Below, piece after piece: positions 25,756-39,290 of a DNA stretch of 64,000 nucleotides. Origin of the DNA: Geosiphon pyriformis uo1 (Eukaryota > Fungi > Glomeromycota). The notes below the pieces were generated by a model, which saw only the letters and a list, made by a program, of their open reading frames with translations, did not search any database and had not been told where the DNA came from. Each line of letters begins with the position of its first letter. The stretch's first letter is position 1. A program made the position numbers and the translations under genes. The stretch covers positions 207,453 through 271,452 of the forward strand of contig JAAOMT010000231.1 in assembly GCA_016748015.1 (NCBI GenBank), in the 5' to 3' direction.

Positions 25756-28099
25756 CGCCCAAGTCGAAAAGGCACCGAAATGAGAGGAAAAACTACCAAA
25801 AGTGAGTACAGATTTTCCAAAAAAAAATTTGCTTTTTTTTAAAAATGAATGATATTACAGAAATTGTGTTAATAAATTCCAAGAGTTTTAGGAAATATTT
25901 ATAAGGGTTTTTGAGCGCGAATCCTTAAGTTTCTATCCAATTTAATATTAATCAAAAACGCGTTTTTTTCCCCACTTCCTATCATATTGCACTCTTTATA
26001 TTTTCCATATCAACTATGGGCCATTGTTTCAACGTTTCATCCTTCATCCTTCATCCTGCATTGATTCATATAATCATCATTACACTATTCTGACGAGCAT
26101 TACTACATACTACATACTACATACTACAGCTTCAAGTAAAATCCATTTTGCACATAATGACCCACAATATCAAAGATCATTTCCTCACAAAGAATACAAA
26201 GGCATATATTCTCGAAATTGAGAAATCTAGTAAACCTGAGTTTTTGGTTAATTTTAAGTAGTGGGATATAGTGTTCCATTGTCAAATTTCCTTGTTTAAT
26301 GAATTTTGGGAAGAAGGGATGATCTAGCTTTTGTAGTCTAGCCTACGAAGACAATAGCTCGAGACCATAAAAAGAAACAAGATAATAGCATGCGTTGTTT
26401 CAGCGGCCGAAATTAAAGCTTTTAGTGTACGGCGATGCCATGGAAATGTGACACATCATGTTGAAAGGTTTTCCTCATTATAAATGCTTGACACATTAGT
26501 TGGGTTTGATAGGTTATCCTCTCGATAAGAGATAGCTGTAGATATTGGCTTATTACACAGTACTAGTCTGAGAAAAAGAAATTTAATAAAGAATTTAATG
26601 CTAATAAACTTGACTGCATAAATGTGTTCATCAAAATTTCTTTGTTTTACATAACCGGAGTTGCAAGTGCATGATCTAGGACGATATTCTATAGGATGAA
26701 TCATGATTGGAAGAAAAATTTTTAAGTGAATAAATTTAAACTATATTGTATCACAATTAATTGTATCTCCTAAAACGGCATTCTTTAATCCTTTTTCTTT
26801 TAAGAAAGACATATAAGATTTCTCAAATGATAAATATTTTTAACAACATAAAATAGTGACACAATTGTTTCGTAAAAATGGATTAATGAAGAGTTTCCAT
26901 CGTCCGACTTGTTCAAATAATGAATCGGGGAACCTATAATAATGTAAAACTCTATTTTTTCATTTTTCTTTATCCAGAAAAGTTTTAATTAAATCAAGAT
27001 TTCATTGTGGCTCAATCCAGAGAATGTAAGCTTTGATAAAAATTGAAGATATTAAAAACCTTTTGGGTTTTTCCCTTTTTTAGATTTAAAAGAACAATAG
27101 TGTCCATTTATTTATCATTTTTATGATGATTCGTTTGGTTCGGTAAGAAAAAGGAGATTTTAATGTAAAATACCCAATAAGATATATTAAGATTGAAAGT
27201 TTAAATTGATAAAAAAAACCACTGGACTTTGTATTTTTTGACCACTTTTGGTGAAAATTGTAACAAATGTGATATTGATTTTAATTGATAATGTTCATCA
27301 TGATTACATCTTTAAATTTAGTTTGAAACTTTTTAGAAGTTTTTCTAATTTTTCTAGGCTCAAATTTTAAAAATTTGTCTTTATCCAAACAAAGAAAATA
27401 ATTTTTTCATTCATTCGTCTCTTAATCACCTAATACAATGAAGTGTGTTTGAATGTGAAAATTTATTAAATAAAGAATGAAAATTTAACCTTATTTGTTT
27501 TTCTATTGATATATTGTAATTTGAAACAATAAAGATTAAAAAATAATTTTTCTTAACTTGGTAATGGTTAAAAATACTAATGATTGAATTGGTCAAAGCT
27601 CAAGTTATACAAAATTTTTTTATCAAATTATCAGGTCAGAATAAATTACACTAAAATATTAATAAGCTGATTTTAAATGAAATACTTTTCGTTTTTCTGA
27701 CCTGTAAAAGAAATTTTTTTTTCCCAAGGTTTAAGTCTTTTTTACTTTTTTTGAGAAAAATAAATGAGAGATGAGAATAAGTTGTGACTGAGTAATTCAT
27801 TTTACGTAAATGGCTAAAATTTGAACTTGGGTACTTTGAAAATAACTGAAAAGGTCTATTTATCATTATAATTGGGAATATTATCAATAAACATTAAATT
27901 TGAAAGAAAAAAATTATATATATATTTTCAATATAATATAATTCAAAATTTCTCAGTCCAAAGATTTTTAAAATGACATCAATAAACTCAAAAGTTTGTG
28001 AGATGTAGAAAAAACTCATATAAAATTATAATTTAATTGACATGTGCTAGGAAAATTTTTCCTTGAAAAACTAAAAAGGAGTTGGAAATGACATATTTA

Positions 28100-28540
28100 C
28101 TACATTGAGTCCCAAGTTTCACAATTTATTACTGGGGAAAATCACCATTTCCCAAATAATCAAAAACAAAGCATTTTCATACATTCATTATCGGGAGTTT
28201 TTTTGTTGATCTCATCCTTTGATTATGCTAAAATGTCAAGTGTTGTTTTCAACACTGCTTTTCATACTTCTTCCTCTCACTGTAATCCTGTAAAGTTCTC
28301 ACAGTCTTATTTTTCATAATTAGAAAACTTCGATTTATCATTTTAAATTTTTCAATCTTTGAAAATATGATATAATTTTGCTTTGTCTTGAATGAATCAG
28401 AAAGATTTCAAGATGGAAAGTCCATTATGAGTTTGTGGGATTAAAGTGGTTAAATGCCACAGCCAATTTCTAACTATATAAAGGAATCTTGGATCAAGTT
28501 TCCAAAAGAAATATATATCATCATTTTATGCCAGGGTTCA
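28100..28540 (+). mobile_element. Possible decayed Ty3/Gypsy RT fragment
   Basis: KVHYEFVGLKWLNATANF* resembles HYEFxVMPFGLxNAPATFQ; weaker upstream YIHYREF and DYAKMSSVVFNTAFH resemblances. Confidence 0.35.
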
Positions 28541-28820
28541 ATGTATAAAAAAACACAAATTGTCAGGCACGCTATCAAAACTTAATAGGGTAATAAATAA
28601 ATGTACAAAATTTGCTCCGGATATTTAAAACTTAACCATTTAAATTTAACATAGGAAATAAGATTTTACTTTAAAAGTTTCTTATTGCACGATCGTCCTG
28701 CAATATGCGCTCAACGGTCGTACTTTCACGAGTTTTTTTCGGTTACCGAGAGTGTGCTTCTTCCCAAAATTGCTAAGCTGACATATTGCTATCAACACAT
28801 TTTCTGTTTCAAGATATGTA

Positions 28821-30059
28821 CAGTACACTCAAAAAATAACGCCCGATTTTGCATGTGCGACCATTTTTAAAAAATCAAGATATCAAGTTTTTTCTCACTT
28901 TTTTAAACAAATAAACTTCACATTTGTTTACTTTATAAGACTCTCCAATATTACAATATTATTGTGTAAAAAAACGACACACACGATTAAACAAAATTGA
29001 CAATGGAAAAGATTCTGAATCCTGTTAAAATCATAAAAATGCTTGGAATAATATGACACTTTATTGACAAGTACCAAAGTACAGGAAAAAGTGAAACTCA
29101 TCACATTCTGAAGACCATAAGTTCTTTCCAATCATGAAAAATAATTTTTTTACTAGTGTCTAAAGCTAAGGAAAATAAAATTGTTTATAATTAGACAAAA
29201 GTTATTTTCTATGATGAGACGAGTGTAGAAATTGGGAAACAATGACGATAACCAAGAGTTTGACAGAAAAAAATTTAATACTAATTGTTTAGTCCCTACT
29301 TTTAAAAAATCTATAATGATTTGAAGTGTTTGGTGGGATGATTAAAAGGACCATTAATATTTTGTGATAAAAACCAAAAAAAAAAGGTGAACAAATTAAT
29401 GCAAATACTTAACTTTGAAATCTTAATTACATTTTAAAATGAAAACAAGTTGGACTTTTAAGTTGTCATCTGGAAGCTACACAATTTTTCAGCAAGATAA
29501 TTCACCGATTCATATTGTGAAAAATATCAAGAAATGGTTAACGGAAAATAAAATTATGACTATCTACTGGCCGGTAAATTCGCTAGACCTGAATTCAATA
29601 AGGAATATTAGAAAGCTGTTGAAGGGTAATTAATATCCAAAAACATGAAGTCTGTCAAACTTAAATTGTACATAAGAAGGAATGGGAGAAATTTAATACC
29701 CCTCTTCTCGAAAATTTTATTACTTCAATGTCAAAAAATTATTGAAATAGTATCAGAGTCAAATGGAGTATTAATTAAATACAATTTTTTATTTTTGGAA
29801 AATATGTTATTATTAAAAACTGTTTAAAAAAAGCAGCAATAAATAAAAATTGCTTTCATTATATGTAAGTTAAAAAATTAAAAATAAGTTTATAATATAC
29901 CCATATAAGAAATTGAATTTACAAATTATTTTTTGCAATAGCAAAAATTGGCCAAATTTTACACAATATTATAACACATATAAATTATTAAAAATTAAGT
30001 AAATCACAAAAGTATCAAAATATTTGAGTTTGAGTTAGGCGTTACTTTTTGGGGTACTG
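28821..30059 (+). mobile_element. Tc1/mariner DNA transposon (same family as 16856-17771), decayed
   Basis: TA|CAGTACACTCAAAAAATAACGCC ... GGCGTTACTTTTTGGGGTACTG|TA; DDE remnants DET, FQQDNSPIH, WPVNSLDLNSIRN; first ~70 bp align to the reverse complement of 17705-17771. Confidence 0.9.
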
Positions 30060-33000
30060 TACAAGTCTTGATGACCACTAAAATTACCAAAACCAGCGAA
30101 GAAATGAATTATCTATTCGTGGCATAAAGCTCCAAAGTCTAAACCTAATCAAGTGTTGCTCCTATAGAATGAAATTAGGGATTCTACTTAGAAGAATGGG
30201 TATATTTTATTTCAATCTCCTTTTCTCTGGAAACATTTTTTCTTCAACCCACCATGAAATTCTACGTTTTTAGATTTAATTTTACGAAATTCGTGTAATG
30301 AGCTTGGAGATTTCAAGGTCCTTTGAAAGCATCTTTATGCTTATTATTGAAGGAATGTAAAAATTTTAATTGCGGGACTCGAATGATGAATACGTATGTA
30401 AAATGACAAAAGCTAAAAAATAAGTAAACAACCTAGAAATGTCGTTTTTTTTTTCTAATGTGTGCGAGTGTACATCATTAGATTATTAAACAAGAAATTT
30501 ATTTGTTAAAAATAGCTGATATTTAATTTTGTTTTGAATCATATTATCACTCTTTATTAGAAATACCTTGAAGACAAAATAAATTAATTTTTGAGACAAA
30601 TATTATTTTCTGTTTTATTGAAACTTTTCTTACTAAAATTAATGTTCTTTAACATATTTTAATCCTTCCTCAAGAAATAACCTGAATCGATGTCTTGTTT
30701 ATCCAAAAATTTTTATTAACCAGCCCTAATTTTCAGCAGCTATAATTTCCTAAAAAAAAACATGACTAAGATGAATAGGCGGTTCTAGATGTCTTTATAA
30801 AAGCATTTAATAAACTTTATTTTTCCATTTTAGTTTAGGCTTTCCGTTTTGATTTCATGAATCTAGCTGCATGCAAAATTTTTTTTTGCAGCGACCAGTT
30901 GCATGTTATCAGTTACGAAAATAGAAACAAAATAAAAATCTTTTATGAAACCGGGAAAATTCAATATGCGTTCGATTCAAACTTACATTGTTGATTAAAA
31001 TATTAGGGCGTTATGCAACGAATTTTTTTAAAACCACACTAGGAAGAGAATTAAATCTTCAAACTTGAAAGTGAAAATTTGACAACTAAATATATTTTGT
31101 CATATTAAAAAAGCTTAATTAATTATGCAAATTGGTTATCATGCGAATCCTAAACTAAAAAAACATAATTTTAAGAGGCACCATTCAAGGCTGATAAAAT
31201 ATTTTTGAACCTATTAAAGTAATTAATATCTTTAAAACTTTATCTCACTTACCTGAAAACTATACAAAGTATGCATATGTTATCCATCAAATTTAGTATA
31301 ATTGGTTAATTGATAGAATCCTCTTCTTATCAAAAAATTTTATTCAATAAACAAAATATTTGTAAATGTCTCTTTTTTAAGTGGCTTTTAATTTTTAGAG
31401 CAACAAAAAAGGATATTAAATTTATCATATTAAAAAAATAATTCATGAAAATTATATTCTTGCAAAATAAAAATTATTATACTTATATTAGTTAATATTA
31501 TTGCAATTGTAAAAAAAACAAACAAATACAGTATATAATAAATAATAGCTAACCCTTAAAAAACAAAAAAAAACTTATAATTTATTCAATTTTATTTTTT
31601 ATTATTCATTTACTACTAGAAAAAACACAATTATTTTCTTCATATCTTCAATATGTGATTTTACTACCTTTATATTTTATTATTATTATTATTATTATTT
31701 ATTAATTCATTGAAAATTTCATCTTTTGATCCATTTAAAGCATTAAAAATACAACACTTTCCGGTTAAATTTCTGATTATACAGCAAATATCTATTTATA
31801 TACAGTATATAAACTTATAAACTTTAAATTTTTATGTCTAATTTTTTCAGCTCTACTATTTGCCATTTATGTATGCTAATAACAACAAAAAGCAGTCTTG
31901 AAAAAACAATTAAATAATAAATGCAAAATAGCATTTTTTTATTTATTTAATCATTTTTATCAAAAAACATCAATATTTAGTAAAAATAAAGAAATGTTTT
32001 AATAATATATTTTGTCTTTGAAAATAATAGTTAACAAATTAACAAAATATGTAAAAATAATGGGATTAGTTTTTGTTATCTTTTGTTGTATAAATATAAA
32101 CAGTTCTAGTAAAATTTTCTGTTATTTTAAATTTTTACAGAATTTTCATATATGTTTGCATTATAAATAATAAGTAGAAAATTTTTACAACAATATAGAT
32201 AAATTTATACATTGTTAAAAATTAAGTAACTTTTGAACAATCTTAGTTTTATAGTATTATAAATCAGAATTTTTTTATGTTAATATACAATAATAGAAAG
32301 AAAAAAATATGAAGTTGAAAAATAGTTTATAATTCATAATAAAAATAATAAAGCAGTTCTAATTTTATGTTTTAATTAGAGTTTTTGAAATTCAATAATA
32401 AATACTTTCTTAATGAATTATAAGATCATGTTTTTATTTTCAAACTAATTGTAACAAAAATACAAATCAAAAAGAGAAAAAATAATAATAGCAATAAACT
32501 TTATTGTAAAATTATTTGTATTAATAGTAGTATTACAAATTAAAATAACAAATTAATAAAAGTAATTTTACAAAAAATGCAAATGAAATATATAAAAAAA
32601 TATAATTAATGTAATTAATTTTAAAATCGCAATTTTTAATCTTTATTAAGAAAATTTTGAAAATAAAAAAATAGTCTTTAAATACTAATAAAAAATATTA
32701 CAACTATTATAATTTTATGTCTTAATTAATAATTTTTCAAAATCAATAACAAATATCAATTATTTTTAATATTATTTATAAAATAAATTACAAAAACAAG
32801 TTTTTTACTTTTTAAGCTAAATTATAATAATTTAATTTAAAATAAAAAAAGTTGTGTTTTATTTTTAAATGTTTTTTGTTGTTAGATAGATATTCTTTTG
32901 TAGCTTTAAAAGTTTTATAGTCTTTTTACCATAATAAAATTCATTCATATTGCAATTTTATTATAATTATTTATTCCAAATATATTCTAATAAATAAATT

Positions 33001-34118
33001 TTTAATTTATGAAATTTCAAAAAAGAATAATTTTTATCAAAATTGTATAACAAAGATAAATTAATATTTTTCAATTTGCTATTATATTTATAAACTGTTT
33101 ATATTAAAAATTTTAAATATGCCAATTTTTCGCAAATATTATAAACCATTAAATAAAATTATTTTGATAAAATTTTATTCATATTTATTAAGTACAATCT
33201 GTAAATTAGATAAATAAATTCGCAATTTGCAATTTTTTAAAAATTTTGCTAATCTTAAATATCACGATTAAGAAACACTTTTTGATATGATGATTTGACT
33301 AGAATATTGTGATGATTTAAAATATTAATTTCAAGTTTTAATTTGCCATTCTATTTGTTTTGTTAACTATTAAGACAAAATTTTGATTTTTTACTTGTAA
33401 AATAATTAAGAACAAATACAAATATTGACTCATAGTTAATTTCTCATAATTATTTATTATTATAAGCATTAGGCTTAAAATCAATTAACGTATTTTGGGT
33501 CATTCAATATAAACAAATGATGAACTTCCGCCAGATATTTGGGATGTAGGGCGACTCGTGAAAAATTGATTGGCTTAGACAATAAAAAATACTCAATACA
33601 TGAGACCTTCCTATTAAGGCATGATATGCACCATGTTTCCTTTCGATATGTAATTTTTTTATCATTTGTCAATAACATCCATTACGTTTTTTGTCATTTA
33701 CCCTATATGTCTTGATCATAAAAAAGAAAACGAAAAACGGTACGAGTTTCATCAAGCCTAGGGCCAGGTGATCACGAAATAAATATCACAAGATTCAAAA
33801 CATTGGAACACAAATTCAATATATAGCTTTGATCGCATACCCGCCATTCGTGTTTAACAACTCTAAATTAACAGCCATATTGTGTAAGGATTTCATGGAA
33901 GGTACAATCGAAGAAATCGGCTTTTGTTCCACTTAAAAAAGTAGTGAGATCAGCTTTTTGAAAGCACATGTCTGGTCAAGCTTGATAATTTTACAGATGG
34001 TTTAAATCACTTGAGATAGTATAAATAGGATCCAAGGTTTTCTTTTCTGCCATCAAAAAAATTTGAAAATTGTTAAAAGATCTAAATCAGAGCGATCGAA
34101 AATCAAAACCATATTGAA

Positions 34119-34679
34119 ATGTCTTCTCCTATTTTTCGAATTCAAAAGAGCTCAAAAAATTTCGACCAATCAAAGGCAAGACCGTCTCATTTAGCTTATT
34201 CATATGGAGGGCTAACGATCGAATATGGAAACCAAGGGGCGCAACGATGGTCTTTTGTTGCTTCGACTACACCTCAACATCGTCATGGTATTTGGATAAT
34301 TAATATTGATGAAAACTTGGCTTTAAAACACTATCCTGAAACTGGTGAACTCGCTCTTTCAAAATTAAACGAGGACGATCCATCATTTGTTTGGTCTATA
34401 AACCATGTTGAAGTCTGGAAAGGACAAATAGATTACTCCTTTTCTCCTTATAATCAACCGCACCGAAGATTGACTTATGAGAATGTGCTGATGCCTATTG
34501 GACTTGATAACACTTTTTGGTCTTTGCCAACACTGAGACTAAATGGTGATGCTGGCTCTCCAGCAAATCAAGCATGGATAATTAAAATGGAGAAAAATCA
34601 AACCCAAGATTCAACGGGCAGACCGGAAGCTCAACAAGGGAATACTTCTATAAATTCTCCAGCCATTGGAGCGTACTAA
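34119..34679 (+). CDS. Intronless 186-aa QxW-repeat protein, putative ricin-B/beta-trefoil fold (paralog 1)
   Basis: ATG ORF with TATAAATA at ~34020; GAQRWSF, SFVWSI, NQAWII motifs; colinear similarity to 49884-50582; no signal peptide. Confidence 0.75.
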   Translation: MSSPIFRIQKSSKNFDQSKARPSHLAYSYGGLTIEYGNQGAQRWSFVASTTPQHRHGIWIINIDENLALKHYPETGELALSKLNEDDPSFVWSINHVEVWKGQIDYSFSPYNQPHRRLTYENVLMPIGLDNTFWSLPTLRLNGDAGSPANQAWIIKMEKNQTQDSTGRPEAQQGNTSINSPAIGAY

Positions 34680-35864
34680 GAAATTCCATAATTCGTGAAT
34701 ATTCTTTAAATATTCCATTAAAAAATGAGAGTTCACCCTTTATAACAAAAATCTTATGGTATAGTGTTATTATCATTTGTTTTCATAGCCTTCTTTGAAT
34801 AATTATCACAGAAGTATAGGGGAAATTGGAAGAAGATTTTTAATGGATTATTTTTTTATTGGCCCATGAGAACATTAAAATGTATTATGAATAAATATCT
34901 ATAACTATACGTAAATCACTAGAAATCTCAGTTTTACTTTGTCAATTGATCAAATCATAAAAATAATTGGTGTTTTTCATCATAGTTTATCAAAAATTAT
35001 TTGTTCAAAGTCAAAAGACAAGTTGTTTTTTTAAAAATAATCAAAAAATGATGTGATTGTACAATAAATTGTTACTAAATATTTAGGTTTTTTATAATAT
35101 GAAGGCTTTTAAACTTTTGTCCTTCAATTAAGTTATATTTCAGGTAATTTAGAGAATATATATATTATTATGATTAAACAGAAAACAAAACTTGCGTGTA
35201 TATTATATGAGATGTGCTGCAACAATACCAGACAAAGTAAAAATTTGAAGTTAAATCGAAATGCTTTTTTTCTGTTCTTTCTGATCATTCTCATGAGATA
35301 GATGAATTTCTTGCTGTAAGAATTGATTAAATTTCAGTGACAAAAAACACAATCATAATAATAACAAAAAATACATACTATACAGTTACTATATCTCTGA
35401 GATCTTGCAGAATATAATTGACAATAAACGACCAGAAATTATAGTTAGTCTTTTAAGTAAGGTTTCAAAAGAGATGGCTAGAATTCTTAAGCAGTAGAAG
35501 TCTATAATTAAGAAGGTTATTTACATTATAAAAAAATAAAAAAGCTTGAACCAAGAAAAAAAATAAGCAAAAGCAGCACTGTTTACTTATTTTAATAAAT
35601 TTTAAAATTAACTTTATTAATATCTTAAGCTTGAGTAAGACCAATGTCTAATTATTAATTTTAAGCCAATTTACAAAATAAAACAAAGATGTTATTTTAT
35701 TATTGTTAAGATTTATGTTTTATACCTGCTAAAAATAAAATTTTACAATTATCTTACTAAAAGATATTTATTTATAAATATGATATATTTTTATAAAAGA
35801 TATTTTAACAGCAAAAAACTTATTACATTTATTTGCCAAAGATTTAATTATAGCATTTTTGTTG

Positions 35865-35869
<5 letters not shown>

Positions 35870-35913
<44 letters not shown>
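35870..35913. repeat. (ATT)n microsatellite
   Basis: Direct reading. Confidence 0.9.
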
Positions 35914-35916
<3 letters not shown>

Positions 35917-36589
35917 AAGTATATTAATTAATAGGTTACAAAAAACAAATAGATATATTGAACAGTATGTAAAACCTATTTAATAAAAGAATATGTGTTA
36001 AAAAACTCAGATTTTTCAAAATTATGCGCATTTTTTTTTCCTTAAAATATAAACACTAAAATAAATTTGTTAGTTTTTTATTTAACTTTGATTTAGTTAG
36101 TTTTAATATAATAGCATAATAGTATTTTTATGTTTTATTATTAAAATTTGTATATATTAAAATTATAATTAAACTTAAAATGTTATATGCTTTATTCAAA
36201 TTAACAAATTAAAAAATTGTATTATTTTTATGTTCATAAAATATATTTGTTTAATATTCAAAATAAAAACCATATATGAACAAAAAAATTATTTATTTTT
36301 TTTGTTAAAAATAAATAACTTTACAATTGCTTAATTACTAATTTTAAATACATTAGGTTTATTGGGCGTAAGATAAATAAGCATAATTATTTCATAATTG
36401 TATTATAAAATTAATTTTGAATTTTGAATACATAACATTTTCCTAATTTTAATGATGACTATGTCTCCGGAATATTTAAATAACAAAACACTAATTTAAA
36501 AATAGTGAATTTATTTTTAAACAACCTAAATACAAAGTTTTTTCGTTTTTCGCTGTGACAATGTCATGCGAAAAACTGTAGCTATGATA

Positions 36590-37036
36590 TTATTCTTTAA
36601 TATATCCCAACTCTTCCAAAAAATCAATAACTTTCTCGGGAGGATGGGCAAAAATAGCCTTTCCTTGTTCCCAATCAACTACAATAGGATACTTCAATCG
36701 ATTTGAATCTTGATTTACTATTCGCAGAAAATCATCGGTGGTTTTAGGCGCATCTTTCTCACTTAAAGGTTTTTCGTTTCCCTCGATTTTAGCGTCTCCA
36801 TTGTTCTGCTCCAAAACCTTAGCAAAATCGCTACCAACTCCCAAGTATTCAACAATTGTCATCAATTGCTGCTTTACTACAGGTTGTTGGTCATAATTGA
36901 TAATATCAACCTTGAAACTATCTTCGTTTTTGCGATGAACAGATTGCAGAATGTTCAGTGCTGCTGTTGATTTGGCGTTATTTGGATTATGCAGAAGGCT
37001 GATTATTGGAATAAATCTAGGAAGTCGGAAAGACAT
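36590..37036 (-). CDS. Fmp46/DUF1687-like thioredoxin-fold (ArsC-like) putative mitochondrial redox protein
   Basis: ATG 37036 MSFRLPRFIPIISLLHNP..KSTAALNILQ; QQLMTIVEYLG; LKYPIVVDWEQGKA, matching recalled family motifs ITLFH.P..S and RPLVVDWxxG. Confidence 0.75.
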   Translation of the reverse strand: MSFRLPRFIPIISLLHNPNNAKSTAALNILQSVHRKNEDSFKVDIINYDQQPVVKQQLMTIVEYLGVGSDFAKVLEQNNGDAKIEGNEKPLSEKDAPKTTDDFLRIVNQDSNRLKYPIVVDWEQGKAIFAHPPEKVIDFLEELGYIKE

Positions 37037-37284
37037 CTTTGACAAATGATTCGTAATTTTAAGTGGCGGGTTAAAAAAACCGAACCTAAACTTTATCTTG
37101 CTTTCACAATGTTTGATATGATCCCAGTCACATGCCCTCTAGGGACCGATCTATGACTCTTCTGTATAGAATCCATGCATTTAGTTGTTTAGTAGTACCG
37201 CCCATTTTAGGCCTCCAGCATTCAAAAAATTAATGGTTTTCTTTCTCGACGGAAGGATTTTCTTTGAATAAATATTTCAAAAGT

Positions 37285-39290
37285 ATGCTAATAGATGACT
37301 ATGGCTCGTGCCCCGATTGCAAACGTCAACAGACTGGCTATAAATGGTGCCGTGATTGTACTTCAGAAATGTTGAAAGCAAACTTTAGAAAATGGTCAAG
37401 TAAAAATCTGGAAATTGATTCATTGATCAGGGAGACGCAAAAGTCACCAAAATCTCGTTATGAGTTAATGGAATGGATACCATTTGAACAATTCAGTCAG
37501 ATACGAGAAATTGGGAAAGGAGGATTTGGAATGGTTTATTCGGCAACTTGGTTAAATGGACCAATTATGTTTTGGGACCATGAGACAAAACAATTTTTGA
37601 GGCAAGATGAAACACCAGTAGCTTTAAAACATTTGTTCAAGTCGAAAAATAACATTACGGGAATCGTTAATGAGGTAAATTTTTAAAGGATACGTGTGCT
37701 ATTTTGTAATTCAGATTTTCTCTTTTGAATTCAATTTTTCATTTTAAAATTACAATTAAAAACTTATTTCTTGTTTTTAGGTTACAGCACATTTTCACTG
37801 CAAAGATAGTGAATATATACCTCGATGTTATGGCATTACCAGGGATCCATTTACCAAAGACTATATAATGGTTTCTCAACTGGCCAACAAAGGAAATTTG
37901 CATAATTATTTATGCTGTTTTAACGAAAAACTGGATTGGAAAACTCGCATTGGAATGTTACGAGATATTGCAGCTGGGCTCGCAATGATTCACGAAGCGA
38001 ATTATATACATTGTGATTTTCATAGTGGTAACATTCTTCGACATGGAAATAATTTCGACGACACATTGGTAGCAGATCTAGGTTTATGCCGTCCAGCGAA
38101 CCATGTCAACCAATCGCAACATAGTGGAACTTTTGGGGTTCTTCCTTACGTTGCTCCTGAGGTGTTCAGGGGTGGCGAATATACAAAAGCTGCCGATATT
38201 TACAGCTTCGGGATTTTAATGTGGGAGATTACGTCTGCTCAAAAACCTTTCATGGAGTTTCCACATGACACACATTTAGCATTTGAAATTTGTGATGGTA
38301 AACGGCCTATCATAGTGGAAGGAACGCCTCCTTGTTATGTCAGTTTGATGGAGCGATGTTGGGACTCAAATCCGAAAGAAAGGCCAACTGCAAAACAAAT
38401 TCATAAAATTGTAAAGAGTTGGCATCGTGAAAAAACAAATGTATCAGAATTTGAGGTGGCGGAAAAGTATAGGCTTTCTCAGAATGCTAATTTCAAGTTA
38501 TCTTTGAACCCCGTGACTATTCAACATCCACATGCTTTTTATGCAAGCAGACAATTAAGATATAGTAATTTACCCATACCCCGGAATTCAAGAAATTTTC
38601 TGTCGACTCCTTTCAAATCAAATAGTTTTGCCCGAAATAGTAAGTCAGTTTTATACAAAATAAACGATTTTTTTTTGAATTATGAACTAGCTACTTATCT
38701 TCAACCTTCATAAACAAGTGGATTCACACGAATTCAGTCTTGCCTTAGATCTTGTCGGTAAGTTCAGTAAGTTTTTTATCATTTTTATTCTAAACTTGTG
38801 CTTTCCTTCACCCAAATTATCTTGGCAGATTGTTTAAAAGTACCACAATCTGGCCAAAGTCTTGCTATACCAATCACTGAACAAATCAGCTCTCAGGAAA
38901 CCACTAAATTATTAATGAAAATTCCGAGAAAACCTTTAGCAATTAATAGTCCATTTAATATTGGAACTCTGCCAAGGAGACGTACACCCAGCCCAAACAG
39001 ACCTGGTAGGCAGTTGAGTCCATTGCGAAAGGAGTTTACCATCGAAGAAGGTAAGATAAAATAAAAAAATAATAATAATTATTGCAGAATGCAGTTATTT
39101 GATAGTTATTTTTGTGTTTTTTTTTTAATTCAAGAGGAATCTACTGATATCATTCAGATTATAGGCAAGTTGGGCATTTCAAAGATGAGGGAGTGTTTGT
39201 CTTTAACAATATTCGCTAATTCAATTTCGATGATCAATAGAAGGTCACAATCCCACCAAAAATCAGGCAGATACGAGCATTTTGGCGTGA
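37285..39290 (+). CDS. Tyrosine-kinase-like (TKL) protein kinase of the Glomeromycotina-expanded type, with N-terminal CxxC..CxxC
   Basis: Exons 37285-37674, 37781-38639, 38719-38757, 38829-39050, 39135-39164, 39241-39290; EWIPF, GKGGFG, VALK, HCDFHSGNIL, DLG, GVLPYVAPE, DIYSFG, CWDSNPKERP; last intron needs a GC donor (otherwise stop at 39313). Confidence 0.9.
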
